Shown in pieces: positions 1-9,450 of a stretch of 64,000 nt of DNA (its first letter is position 1; each line of letters starts with the position of its first letter). The DNA comes from Bacteriovoracia bacterium (GTDB lineage: Bacteria > Bdellovibrionota > UBA1018 > CAIPTA01), in assembly GCA_050246755.1 (NCBI GenBank), contig JBFWVL010000003.1, forward strand, positions 160,001 to 224,000, written 5' to 3'. Below the pieces are notes generated by a model. It was not told the DNA's origin, did no database searches, and worked only from the letters and a program-made list of their open reading frames with translations. A program made the translations under genes and the position numbers.

Positions 1-796
1 TTTTGGGGCCGGCAAGCACGAGCAAGGCGGCATCGGCGGGAATCTTGCCCTCGCTCACGAGGTTGAGCTCTTTGGCCACGTAGCCCTGTTTCTCGAGTTC
101 GCCCTTGAGCACCGAATAGCCGTTCGGCGTGGAATCGTCGAGGGAGCGCTCGCCGTGGCCTACGATAAAATAAACGGTCTGGTCGCGGGTGCGGAGGAGC
201 TTCATGAGCCCATTCGTCACGGCTTCCTCGGACGCGCCCGTTACCCGCACCTGCTTCTTGGTGCCGGCCAACTCGAGCAGCACGATATCGTTGCCGTTGA
301 CCCCCATGCTTTGGGTGAAGGTAGGACGGCGCTCCGAATCCACGAATTCATACTGAATGCGCGAGGATCGGTGCTTGAGGTTCTTGAGCACGAACTCGCC
401 CTTTTCCTTCTCACGGATCGTGGTGAAGTAATACACCTTCACGTCCTGCGTGAGGCTATCGAGCACCTTGATGGTTTGGTCGCTCAGGGAATTTTTCGCT
501 CCGCGGGTGAGATCTTTTCTCCAGGAGTGATCCTTGGCGAGAATATTTACGAAGACCAGGATACCGAGCACCAGGAATACGATGAGGCTCAGGTTGGCGC
601 CGTGGCGGGTACGGCGGTTCATGAGGAAGCTCACAATCGCGCGGCGCTGAATTACCGCCCAGAAGAGCATCAGCAAAAGCGAGGAAACCCAGAGGCCATT
701 CACCACGAGCTCATTGGGCAGGATGATAAACGCCACGAGCGAGGCGCAGAGGGTGAGGAGAGCAGCGATTCCGGCGATATTGGCTAAGCGGTTCAT
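1..796 (-). CDS. GldG-family ABC transporter auxiliary component (3'-truncated by the window edge)
   Basis: ATG at 796; my translation MNRLANIAG... has three N-terminal TM segments, then KDLTRGAKNSLSDQT, VYFIVGHGE and LLVLAGPK motifs typical of GldG; lies downstream of gldA/gldF-like genes; not in the ORF track. Confidence 0.85.
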   Translation of the reverse strand, partial: MNRLANIAGIAALLTLCASLVAFIILPNELVVNGLWVSSLLLMLFWAVIQRRAIVSFLMNRRTRHGANLSLIVFLVLGILVFVNILAKDHSWRKDLTRGAKNSLSDQTIKVLDSLTQDVKVYYFTTIREKEKGEFVLKNLKHRSSRIQYEFVDSERRPTFTQSMGVNGNDIVLLELAGTKKQVRVTGASEEAVTNGLMKLLRTRDQTVYFIVGHGERSLDDSTPNGYSVLKGELEKQGYVAKELNLVSEGKIPADAALLVLAGPK

Positions 797-805
797 AAAT
801 ATACC

Positions 806-1561
806 TTAATTAGAGTCAATCGCGAGCTTAGTAAGGAACAGCGAGAATCCCGCAAAGCTCAGGTAAAAAATAATGTCGGAAGTATCGATCGTGCCCTGGG
901 CCATATTGGAATAGTGACCGATGAGCGAAAGGTAATTGAGCACCTCGCTCCAAACGGGCCCGGCGCGATGGGCGCTCCAGCCGATAAGCCAGAAAAGCAG
1001 CAGCGAGCCGAAGGTGAGCACGGCGGCCACGATCTGATTTTCCGTGAGGGCGCTCCAGAGCAGGCCGATCGCCACGTAGGAGGCGGCCACCAGGATAATC
1101 CCGAGGTAGCAGCACGCGATCACGCCCCAATCGGGCGTGGCGGTGAAATACAAAATGATGGGATAGACCAGCGTGAGCGAGAGCATCACGAGGATGAGGC
1201 CCAGGCCGGCCAGAAATTTTCCGAGCACGATCTCGATCGGGCGCACCGGCGCGGTGAGCAGGAGCTCGATCGTATGGTCTTTTCTCTCTTCCGCGATCAG
1301 GCGCATGGTGATGAAGGGGGCCACGAAGAGCAGCACCACGTTGATATTGCCGAAGAGCTGGCGGATCACCATTTCGGAAAGCGTGGGTTTCTGCCCGTAA
1401 TTCACGGCGGCGTACTGCGAGATCGACTGCGCAAAATAGGAAAAAAGATTCGCGAACATGAAGCCGATGATGAGCAGGAACATCGCGATCACGATATAGG
1501 CGATCGGCGAACCGAAATAAGAGCGGAGGTCCTTTTTGGCGATGAGAAGAATTTGGTTCAT
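806..1561 (-). CDS. ABC-2 permease, GldF-like
   Basis: KKDLRSYFGSPIAY and TMRLIAEERKDHTIELLLTAP motifs, about 6 TM segments; start moved to ATG 1561, which has GGAG upstream. Confidence 0.9.
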   Translation of the reverse strand: MNQILLIAKKDLRSYFGSPIAYIVIAMFLLIIGFMFANLFSYFAQSISQYAAVNYGQKPTLSEMVIRQLFGNINVVLLFVAPFITMRLIAEERKDHTIELLLTAPVRPIEIVLGKFLAGLGLILVMLSLTLVYPIILYFTATPDWGVIACCYLGIILVAASYVAIGLLWSALTENQIVAAVLTFGSLLLFWLIGWSAHRAGPVWSEVLNYLSLIGHYSNMAQGTIDTSDIIFYLSFAGFSLFLTKLAIDSN

Positions 1562-1562
1562 A

Positions 1563-2522
1563 TTAGGCTCCATCCTTGGCCAGGGCCTCATCGCTGGTGA
1601 TCAGGCGCACGAACGCATCCTCGAGGCTAAGTTTTTCCTGGGAAAGCGCGAGCAGCCCGAGATTTTCCTTCACGCAGAGCTCGGCCACCTGGGCGCGGGG
1701 ATCGCTGCCCTTGGCGGACTCCACGTACACCAGAAATTCCCCGGTTTCGATACGTCCCACTCCCTTGGTGCTGGTCACTCCGGGTAAGGCCCCGAGGCGT
1801 AATAGCGACCCAGTAGGATCATTCTGCAGCAAGACGGTAAGACGCAGGTTCGACTGCATACGCGCCGCGATTCCGCTGAGGGTGTCTTCCGCCACCACGC
1901 GCCCGCGATCAATCACCACCACGCGCGAACACGTGGCTTGCACTTCGGGCAGGATATGAGTGGAAAGGATCACGGTATGATCGCCGCCGAGGCTCTGGAT
2001 CAAATTGCGGATATCGATGATTTGCTTGGGATCTAGGCCCACAGTGGGCTCATCGAGGATGAGCACGGGCGGATTATGCACGATCGCCTGGGCAAGGCCC
2101 ACGCGCTGGCGGTAGCCCTTGGAAAGATTTCCAATCAAGCGATGGCGCACGTCCGAGATCCCACATTTGGCCATGCTGTCGGCCACGGCGGCCTGCACGC
2201 GCGCCTTCGGCACCCGGTGAATGCGGGCGGCGAAGGTAAGGTAAGTTTCCACGTCCATCCCCGCATACACGGGAGGATTTTCCGGGAGGTAACCGATCCC
2301 CGCCTTGGCCTCGAGGGTATGGGAAGAAATATCCAGGCCGTTCACGATCGCGGAACCCGAGGTGGCGGGAATAAAACCGCTCAAAATTTTCATCGTGGTG
2401 CTTTTGCCCGCCCCGTTGGGCCCGAGGAAACCGAGAATCTCGCCCTTTTTTACCGAGAAGGAAATCGAATCGATCGCCTGGCGCTGGTTATAGCTCTTGG
2501 TAAGATTTCGAACCTCGATCAT
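1563..2522 (-). CDS. ABC transporter ATP-binding protein, GldA-like
   Basis: Walker A GPNGAGKST, signature LSKGYRQR, Walker B LILDEPT. Confidence 0.92.
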   Translation of the reverse strand: MIEVRNLTKSYNQRQAIDSISFSVKKGEILGFLGPNGAGKSTTMKILSGFIPATSGSAIVNGLDISSHTLEAKAGIGYLPENPPVYAGMDVETYLTFAARIHRVPKARVQAAVADSMAKCGISDVRHRLIGNLSKGYRQRVGLAQAIVHNPPVLILDEPTVGLDPKQIIDIRNLIQSLGGDHTVILSTHILPEVQATCSRVVVIDRGRVVAEDTLSGIAARMQSNLRLTVLLQNDPTGSLLRLGALPGVTSTKGVGRIETGEFLVYVESAKGSDPRAQVAELCVKENLGLLALSQEKLSLEDAFVRLITSDEALAKDGA

Positions 2523-3158
2523 TTAAGGCCTCACTAGCTGGATCTCGCGCTCATGCATCAGGCGCACTAGCTCGTTCACGGCCAGCGCCCGGTGGCTGAT
2601 GCGATTTTTCTCTTCGGTACTGAGCTCGGCAAACGTTTTTCCGCCGCCGGCATCGGGAATGAAAACAGAATCGTAGCCAAAACCGCCGCCCCCAACCGCC
2701 TTCTCGGCGATCTTACCCTCGCAAACGCCTTCGGCGCGCAGCTCTACGCCCTCCACCATGAATACGAGCACGCAGCGCATGCGCGCCTTGCGATCGCCTT
2801 TCACGCTCTCGAGCGCCTTACGGCGGTTGGCCTCATCCTGCGATTCACGCGCGGTGGGTTTGCCGAAATGAGCCGAGTGCACTCCGGGCTGGCCCTTGAG
2901 CGCGTCGATCTCGATGCCGGAATCATCGGCGAAGGTGGGAACTTTTGCGGCCTGAAAGGCGGCGTGGCACTTGCGGAAAGCATTCTCGTAGTAAGAAGCC
3001 GAAGGGGACTCGTTTTCCACGTGCTCCAAAAATTTCGCGTTGCGCACGAACTCGTCGAAGCCTTCTACCTGGATATGGTGTTTCGCGAAAAGCTCCGCGA
3101 ATTCACCCTTTTTGCCTTTATTCAGGCTGGCCAAAACCAAAACATTCATGGCACGCAT
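2523..3158 (-). CDS. rdgB: Non-canonical purine NTP pyrophosphatase (RdgB/HAM1)
   Basis: SLNKGK, ADDSG, PGVHSA, GFGYD and KNRISHR motifs. Confidence 0.93.
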   Translation of the reverse strand: MRAMNVLVLASLNKGKKGEFAELFAKHHIQVEGFDEFVRNAKFLEHVENESPSASYYENAFRKCHAAFQAAKVPTFADDSGIEIDALKGQPGVHSAHFGKPTARESQDEANRRKALESVKGDRKARMRCVLVFMVEGVELRAEGVCEGKIAEKAVGGGGFGYDSVFIPDAGGGKTFAELSTEEKNRISHRALAVNELVRLMHEREIQLVRP

Positions 3159-3293
3159 TGATCGCTCTCCTCTGTCGGGAAAAAGTTCTCCTTTAAGGTA
3201 ATCCTTACCTGTTTTTTGTCAATGATTTCAAGGAACTGTGAAGCGGAGCGTAAAAGTCTTATCCCTTTCATTTCAGATGTAAGGATTGCTTCC

Positions 3294-3320
3294 TCAAGTG
3301 CCTAGACAAGGGGCCGATAG
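3294..3320 (+). promoter_or_regulatory. sigma28 (FliA)-like promoter
   Basis: TCAA-N15-GCCGATAG immediately upstream of ATG 3325/3331. Confidence 0.6.
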
Positions 3321-3324
3321 GTAT

Positions 3325-3699
3325 ATGCTTATGGTATTCCGACGTAAAAAACGCAAAGCCGCCCCCCCCTTCTCCGTGCGCAAGTGGGATCCCCTTTTCA
3401 TTATTTTTGAAAAGCATCTCTACGATTTTAACTACGAGAGCCGGGAACTTTTTATCGGCGGCGTGGTGAAAGACTACCTCTCGCACCTGATGCGTCAAAA
3501 GGCGATGGTTCCGCCGGCCTGGAAAGGCCACCTCGAAAAAACCCTTACCGACGAAGTTTCCGACATGCTCGTGCGCAAACTCTATGGCTGCCTCACGGTG
3601 GAAGAGTTCAAACAGAAAGCCGAAAAGCCCGAGAGTAAAGACGAGCTCGTTACCGCCCGCAAAGAAGTGCGGAAGCGTTACCAAAAACTCGCCGGATAA
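3325..3699 (+). CDS. Hypothetical protein
   Basis: Open frame with host-like codon usage; ATG at 3325 (or 3331) after the sigma28-like motif; 3 nt upstream of the next gene. Confidence 0.75.
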   Translation: MLMVFRRKKRKAAPPFSVRKWDPLFIIFEKHLYDFNYESRELFIGGVVKDYLSHLMRQKAMVPPAWKGHLEKTLTDEVSDMLVRKLYGCLTVEEFKQKAEKPESKDELVTARKEVRKRYQKLAG

Positions 3700-3702
3700 T
3701 TT

Positions 3703-4404
3703 ATGAGACTGGCCATAATCGCGCTAGTAACTCTCTTTGCTCCTACCCTCCTCTTCGCCGACGAAAAATTCGATCGCGAAACCGTGATCTTCATCGGTTC
3801 CTCCACCATGGGGCACTGGAAGCCGCGGATGGACAAAGATTTCCTGCCGATCAAAACTTGGAATTTTGGCGAGAACGGCACCGATTTCCACTACCTCCAC
3901 GAGACCGTACCCGACTGGTCGAAAAAATTCCCGGCCAAGCGCTGGGTAATTTACAGCGGCGATAACGACCTCAACTCCACGCCCCGGCGTACGCCCGAGC
4001 AAGTAAACGCCGACATGCTGAAAACCGTGGACCTCATCCGCGAAAACGATCCCGATGCCGAAATTTTCGTGATCTCCATCAAGTGTCGCGTGTACGTGGA
4101 AGCCGAACCCGCCTGCCCCCGCGTGATGGAAACGAATAAGCTGATGGCCGAAAGCGCCTTGAAGGTGAAGGGCCTGACCTACGTGGACACTTTCTCCGCC
4201 ATGCGGGCCGCCGACGACGACCAGCGGAAATTCTTCGATGAAGACGGCGTTCACCTCAACGACAAGGGCTACGATATTTGGGCCGGTACGCTCAAGCCGC
4301 TGCTGCAGAAGAGCATCGGCAATACCGCCGCCGTTGCCAAAAAAAAAGCCCCTCGCCCTAGCGAGAACGAAGTTAGTGAAGAAGCGGTAAGAACCGCGCA
4401 GTGA
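3703..4404 (+). CDS. Secreted SGNH/GDSL-type hydrolase
   Basis: Signal peptide; FIGSST, YSGDND and DGVHLN blocks. Confidence 0.88.
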   Translation: MRLAIIALVTLFAPTLLFADEKFDRETVIFIGSSTMGHWKPRMDKDFLPIKTWNFGENGTDFHYLHETVPDWSKKFPAKRWVIYSGDNDLNSTPRRTPEQVNADMLKTVDLIRENDPDAEIFVISIKCRVYVEAEPACPRVMETNKLMAESALKVKGLTYVDTFSAMRAADDDQRKFFDEDGVHLNDKGYDIWAGTLKPLLQKSIGNTAAVAKKKAPRPSENEVSEEAVRTAQ

Positions 4405-4571
4405 TTTCTCTTTTTCATTTTTAGGGCGGGCGCGGAAAGGATTGCTCTACCAGGATACTTCTGAAGGTGAGCCCGTTTCTGCGGAGTAGATTTAATGCAG
4501 CGCTTAGCCGGCGCCGGCAGTAAGTGCGGGCAAGCGCTCAAGTCGGTTAGAACGTGCAAAGTGAAAGAGCT

Positions 4572-5384
4572 CTAACCCAGCTTAAAAAAATCTACGCAGA
4601 AGCCGTGGAGCTCTTCTTCCTTCGAATCGGTGATCACCCTGCGCGTACCCGCCAGGAAATCACCGATCATTATTTTTAGCTTCTGCGCATCTTTCTCTCC
4701 GATACAGATCACCGAAGAATAATGCACTCCCTCTTCCTGATCCGCCTCGATCGCCTGCATCGCCTGCAAACGCCAGTTCAAGTGATGCTTGGTGATCATC
4801 GAAGAATCGTTGCCGAGATGGATATGAATCGGCCCCACCGAATAATGATCGCCGCTCTGCTGAGCCAGCCCGCGCGCGGATAAGAACTCCAGCACCGTGC
4901 CCACCTTCCGCAAAGGAATCCGAAGTGCCTTCGCGATCGAAGCCTTAGTTTGGTAGGGCGGAATCATTAAATAAGAGTGCACCGCCGCGTAGATCCAGGA
5001 ACTGAAATACACCGAGTGATCTTCCTCGCTCAGTTTCTGCGTGGAGCTCAAACGCTCTTTCAACACGGTCTGTCTTTCTACCGTAGCCTCGATCAGCTCG
5101 AGGAAATGCGCGCGCAAAGAATCCGAGCCCGCGCGGGTAAACTGCACAAGAAGAAGGAAGAAAGCGCTTTCCTGTTTAGCGTGGCCTAAGAGAGGATTGA
5201 GCTTATCGGCCTGCTCTAGGCTCAAATGGCTCTCTCCCTTGAGCACCTGGGAGACGAAGGCCGTCTGACAACCCATGGCTTCCGCCATCTGCCCCCGAAG
5301 GCCATACCCGCCCGCCGGCTGGGAACTAAGCCAGTCTTTTAGGTAGAGTTTATAGTCCCGGAAGTGATAAATCGTCTGCTTCAT
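4572..5384 (-). CDS. TIGR02147/DUF4423-family protein (putative DNA-binding regulator)
   Basis: N-terminal DYKLYLK...MAEAMGCQTAFVSQVLKG HTH-like region, YFSSW and HHLNWR motifs; 270 aa. Confidence 0.85.
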   Translation of the reverse strand: MKQTIYHFRDYKLYLKDWLSSQPAGGYGLRGQMAEAMGCQTAFVSQVLKGESHLSLEQADKLNPLLGHAKQESAFFLLLVQFTRAGSDSLRAHFLELIEATVERQTVLKERLSSTQKLSEEDHSVYFSSWIYAAVHSYLMIPPYQTKASIAKALRIPLRKVGTVLEFLSARGLAQQSGDHYSVGPIHIHLGNDSSMITKHHLNWRLQAMQAIEADQEEGVHYSSVICIGEKDAQKLKIMIGDFLAGTRRVITDSKEEELHGFCVDFFKLG

Positions 5385-5393
5385 TCCTTAATA

Positions 5394-5474
5394 ATATCGG
5401 CTATTTTTCTTAATTTTTAAGTAATATTTAAAACTAGTTCGAAGATTTAAGATTTTCCACCTATAAACCGACAA
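5394..5474. promoter_or_regulatory. Divergent sigma28-like promoters in an AT-rich intergenic region
   Basis: Minus strand: TAAA-N14-GCCGATAT (5419..5394) before the TIGR02147 gene; plus strand: TAAG-N15-ACCGACAA (5448..5474) before 5540. Confidence 0.45.
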
Positions 5475-5539
5475 TAATAGTGGGATATTCTGCTTAGGTA
5501 GGTTGCTCCATTAGGGGCAGCAACCCAAGTGGAGAAACT

Positions 5540-6634
5540 ATGAAGAAGCCAATACTGATCCTAATCGCCCTCCTGCCCTTCGTTACCGGCCTCGCCATGG
5601 CCGAAGGCGGAAGCGTGGGCGGCGGCACCAACCTTGTGATCAAGGAAAACCAGCTCACCGACTTCGTAAAATTCCGCGCCGAGTTCGGCGATAAACAACT
5701 TTTAATTGACCCGCGAAATTTCAAGCTGCCGAAAGAAAACTCTCCCGTTTATAGCGACATCAAGCCCTTAATGGACCGCGCTGAAACCCTCTACCCGGGC
5801 ATGGGCAGCGAAATGGAAAAGGCGTTCGATAAGCCCTGGCTGGTAGTGAAAGCGGAATTCGCCGGCCGCAATCACGGCGAGCGGAAAGTGATCTCCCAAA
5901 CGGATACGGCCGTGTACGTGAGCCTAGACTGGATTCGCAAAGCCTCTCCCGCCCAAGTTCGGGAAGCCTTTTTCCACGAAGGCGTGAGAAATTACGCCTC
6001 CTCGTTCACCGATATGGCTTACCTCCATAAAGCACCCGACCACCAATCGGTGGACGACGAAATTACGGAGATGCTCACTCCTCTGCTGTATAAAAAATTC
6101 CCCACGCCTATTTTAGCAAAAAAAATGCAACAGGCCACGGCGGTGATCGGGCAATACGGCGTAGAAAATCTAGGCTGGACCTCCCCGCGATTCGTTCCGC
6201 AGGCGATAAATCGCACCGAACTGTACGCGACGCTGAAAGCCATCGACGCCCCCAAAATGATTCGCGCCATTTGCGAGAGCGGAAAAGGCTCCTACCACGT
6301 TTATCACAACTGGAAAGTAGAGTCGGCCATCGACGAATTTCGCAAAAAAATCAAACAAGCGGACATGCGTGAAGAGCTGAAAAAATACACCATAGATGGC
6401 ACTTACCGTCTCGGCTCCGTTGATGAAAGCGCCCAGGCCCTGATGGAGCTGCTCGGGTTCGTGAACCGCTCCAGCGCCGCTCGGGAATATGTCGTAGAAT
6501 ACTGCAAAGGAAATAAGTTCGAGCGCATTCTCAGCGAGTACGAACGCGACCAGGGAAAAGTTACGCTCGAGGAGGCCAAGGCCGCCACCCGCCTTCCCGA
6601 CGATGAAGACCTCAAGAACGGCTCCGCCGAATAA
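5540..6634 (+). CDS. Secreted hypothetical protein (GGSVGGG motif after the signal peptide)
   Basis: GGAG RBS, Sec signal ending AMA, then EGGSVGGG; FFHEGVR is a partial HExxH-like motif. Confidence 0.85.
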   Translation: MKKPILILIALLPFVTGLAMAEGGSVGGGTNLVIKENQLTDFVKFRAEFGDKQLLIDPRNFKLPKENSPVYSDIKPLMDRAETLYPGMGSEMEKAFDKPWLVVKAEFAGRNHGERKVISQTDTAVYVSLDWIRKASPAQVREAFFHEGVRNYASSFTDMAYLHKAPDHQSVDDEITEMLTPLLYKKFPTPILAKKMQQATAVIGQYGVENLGWTSPRFVPQAINRTELYATLKAIDAPKMIRAICESGKGSYHVYHNWKVESAIDEFRKKIKQADMREELKKYTIDGTYRLGSVDESAQALMELLGFVNRSSAAREYVVEYCKGNKFERILSEYERDQGKVTLEEAKAATRLPDDEDLKNGSAE

Positions 6635-6731
6635 ATAAAACCACGCAATTTTCCCCACGCTTAGGAATTCCTAAGATGGAAGCGATTGCCAAAAAAACAA
6701 AACTTCACGCAACTGAAATAAGAGGTATCCA

Positions 6732-7223
6732 ATGAAATACGGCCTATTGCTAGCCCTAGCCTTCGCCCGAATCGCCCACGCCGAACCCGCTTCCCCGCTC
6801 TTCAATGTGGATGAGGTTCCGGGATACTTCGTGGAAACCAAATGCAACGTTTTACCCTTGGAAAGAGTGGACCTTCGCTCCTACAGGAAGAAATCTACGA
6901 ACCTTTTTTCCGAAAACCCAGCGCAAGGGGTATTCATAACCCGGGATGCAAACTCGAGCCCCGAGCATTTTGGCCCCTCCGGCGACCAAATGGCGGTTGT
7001 GCAAAGAACAGTGCTGATGATGACCGGTGGCCTGAAAGACCTATTAAACGATCCGGGCCGGCTCAATCTCGCCTTGAGCACCTTACTGAAAAAGCCGGTT
7101 TCCCTATCCGGCAAAGAGGTCTCCGAACTACAGCAACGCTGCATGCTGGGATCGGAATGGAAAAAAATGAAGAGCAAGGCGAAGGCCGGGCCCGAGAGCC
7201 TTCCCGCCGAATCCGCAGAATAG
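6732..7223 (+). CDS. Secreted hypothetical protein
   Basis: GAGG RBS, signal peptide ending AHA, 2 Cys. Confidence 0.8.
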   Translation: MKYGLLLALAFARIAHAEPASPLFNVDEVPGYFVETKCNVLPLERVDLRSYRKKSTNLFSENPAQGVFITRDANSSPEHFGPSGDQMAVVQRTVLMMTGGLKDLLNDPGRLNLALSTLLKKPVSLSGKEVSELQQRCMLGSEWKKMKSKAKAGPESLPAESAE

Positions 7224-7266
7224 AAGCGAGATTGCGAAACGAAAACCTTTAAATTTTGGAGATCCC

Positions 7267-7704
7267 ATGAAAAAATTATTTTTTTTAGTTCTGACCTCGC
7301 TAATCATGACCATGAATTTTGCCCAGGCCGGCACCTCTTCGTGGTACTGCGGGGACCATTCACTTTCCCCTAAGGCAAAGCAAATTCTAAGTCGTGCCGT
7401 TAGCCAAATTTATTCCGAAAAGTCCACCGGAGCTTATGCGGGAGTCGCACCAGATAAAATCCCGAAATCTGCGCCGCTCTCTGCAATCGCCTATAACTAC
7501 CAGGGCCTGGGCGCAGACCCCACCTACATCAACGAGAAAACTTTGGAAGAGTTACATATAACCTTTCCGGAAGGCGATCCACGCAGGTCCATTTTCCCTC
7601 AAGAAGTAAACAGCAATATCGTGCGCGCAGCAAATCAGTGTAAAACATTGGGCTGCCTCAAAGAGGCTTACATAAAAATCGTCTGGCAAGACTACTGTAA
7701 GTAA
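7267..7704 (+). CDS. Secreted hypothetical protein (4 Cys)
   Basis: GGAG RBS, signal peptide ending AQA. Confidence 0.8.
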   Translation: MKKLFFLVLTSLIMTMNFAQAGTSSWYCGDHSLSPKAKQILSRAVSQIYSEKSTGAYAGVAPDKIPKSAPLSAIAYNYQGLGADPTYINEKTLEELHITFPEGDPRRSIFPQEVNSNIVRAANQCKTLGCLKEAYIKIVWQDYCK

Positions 7705-7790
7705 TCAACGCTTTTTTCTTCACGCTCCTGCATGGTAAAATTCATTAAAGAGAAAACGACCGTTCCGCAGAATAATCAGAGAGTTCCCCG

Positions 7791-8222
7791 ATGAAATCCG
7801 CACTCCTAATCGCCCTATGCACCCAGTTTCTGGCTCCCGCCACGTTCGCCGGGTCCGCCGAAGTAACCATTTCGAAAAAGGAATGCTTAGCCCAAGGAGG
7901 CCAGGCCAGCACCGCGGATGCCCTCTGCCACGGTGGCCAGTATGACGGCCACACGATCGTGGAATGCAGCTACCAGCTCGACGGAATGGCCTACGTAGGA
8001 AAAGACGACGGCGTACTTACCTACGCGGGGAAAAAATATCGCTGCGAAACCGCTTTCAAGAACGAAAGCGAAACGAATCTCTGCAGAAAAATTGGATCCA
8101 AATCGAAAAAATTCGATTTCGTAGTGGCCTTCGACGGCACGGAGAACGACTTCTCAGTCTTCAAGACCCCCTATTCCGAAAATGAACTTTGCCATTCCGT
8201 GGCAGTAGACGGTAAAAAATAA
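7791..8222 (+). CDS. Secreted Cys-rich hypothetical protein
   Basis: Signal peptide ending TFA; 6 Cys in the mature part. Confidence 0.8.
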   Translation: MKSALLIALCTQFLAPATFAGSAEVTISKKECLAQGGQASTADALCHGGQYDGHTIVECSYQLDGMAYVGKDDGVLTYAGKKYRCETAFKNESETNLCRKIGSKSKKFDFVVAFDGTENDFSVFKTPYSENELCHSVAVDGKK

Positions 8223-8232
8223 AGGAGCGCCT

Positions 8233-8559
8233 ATGAAAAAGTATCTGACCCTGCTTGCCCTAACCTTCCTCGCTACCACCCAAGCCTTCGCCGAGAAAGA
8301 CGCCGATTATGGCCGCGTAAAAACCCTGCTCTGCGAGATGAATCTTACGGGTTGTCCCGCCCACGGGCACGACCAAGTTTCGGCACCGGCAACCTTGGTG
8401 CTGCAGAAACTGGCGAAGAAATACAAAGAGAAGAAATGGCCCGCATTCGACGCCGGTAAGGCGATGGAACAATACCGTACTCTGGCCAACTGCGAGCAAG
8501 AGTTCGCGGCCACCACTCCCGCTTGCTTGGCGGATGCGATCGAAGACTCGCGAAAATAA
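8233..8559 (+). CDS. Secreted hypothetical protein (4 Cys)
   Basis: AAGGAG RBS, signal peptide ending AFA. Confidence 0.8.
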   Translation: MKKYLTLLALTFLATTQAFAEKDADYGRVKTLLCEMNLTGCPAHGHDQVSAPATLVLQKLAKKYKEKKWPAFDAGKAMEQYRTLANCEQEFAATTPACLADAIEDSRK

Positions 8560-9450
8560 TCAGCGTTTTTTCTTCGCGCCTTTACGAATGGCGGCGCGGA
8601 TCATCTTCTCGGCCACGTTGATCCCCGTGGCCTTTTCCAATTCCTGGAAGCCCGGCGAAGAATTCACTTCGAGCAGTTTCGGACCGGTGGAGCTTTCCAG
8701 CAAATCCACACCAGCGATATCGAGGCCCACGGCTTTGGCGGCGGTAAGGGCCATGCGCTCGTAGCGCTTGGGCAGTCTCGTAAGGCTTTCGCCCCAGCCT
8801 CCGCGGTGCACGTTCGCCCGGAACTCGCCCTTGCGGGCCGTACGGCGCATCGCCGCCACTACCTTGCCGCCGATCACGAGCACGCGCACGTCGGAGCCAC
8901 CGGCCTCCTTCACGTATTCCTGGAGGATCAAATCTTTGTCGAAACCGAGGATGGTGCTCATCACGCTTTCCACGGAGGCGCGGTCGTGGCCGAGCATCAC
9001 GCCAATGCCCTGCGCTCCCTGTAGAAGCTTCATCACCATGGGAAATTTTCCCACCATGCGGAAGCCCTGATGAATATCGGAAAGAGAGCGCGACATTACC
9101 GAGAGCGGCATTGCGATGCCCTTGGCCGCGCAGGCTTGCATGGCGCGGAACTTATTGCGGGAGTTGAGGATGGCGTCGGAGGAGTTGAGCACCTTCGCGC
9201 CCATGCACTCGAAGTGACGGACCACGAGCAGGCCGTACTCGGTGATGCTGGTGCCGATACGCGGGAGCACCACGGTAACGCCGTCGAGCTTTTTTCCATA
9301 GACGAAAACTTCGGGGCCATCCACGCCCACTTTAAGCTGGCAGCGGAGTGGATTTACCACGAGGCACTCCACCTTGAGGCGGCGGGCCTCTTCCATCAGG
9401 CGGCGGGTGCTATGCAGATTGCGGGAACGCGATAGGATGAGCAGCCGCAT
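8560..9450 (-). CDS. rimK: RimK-family alpha-L-glutamate ligase (ATP-grasp)
   Basis: PRIGTSITEYG, GAQGIGV, FRANVHRGG and EVNSSPG motifs. Confidence 0.9.
   Translation of the reverse strand: MRLLILSRSRNLHSTRRLMEEARRLKVECLVVNPLRCQLKVGVDGPEVFVYGKKLDGVTVVLPRIGTSITEYGLLVVRHFECMGAKVLNSSDAILNSRNKFRAMQACAAKGIAMPLSVMSRSLSDIHQGFRMVGKFPMVMKLLQGAQGIGVMLGHDRASVESVMSTILGFDKDLILQEYVKEAGGSDVRVLVIGGKVVAAMRRTARKGEFRANVHRGGWGESLTRLPKRYERMALTAAKAVGLDIAGVDLLESSTGPKLLEVNSSPGFQELEKATGINVAEKMIRAAIRKGAKKKR

Noticed and set aside
155-787. Long antisense ORFs in the track (e.g. 155..787, 15660..16574, 21493..22497, 28688..29815, 33745..34905, 48609..49760)
   Set aside because: They are shadow frames opposite well-supported genes in GC-rich DNA, with no motifs.
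4405-4571. Structured ncRNA between convergent genes
   Set aside because: Only an imperfect GC hairpin near 4500-4527 and no recognisable RNA family; more simply a terminator.
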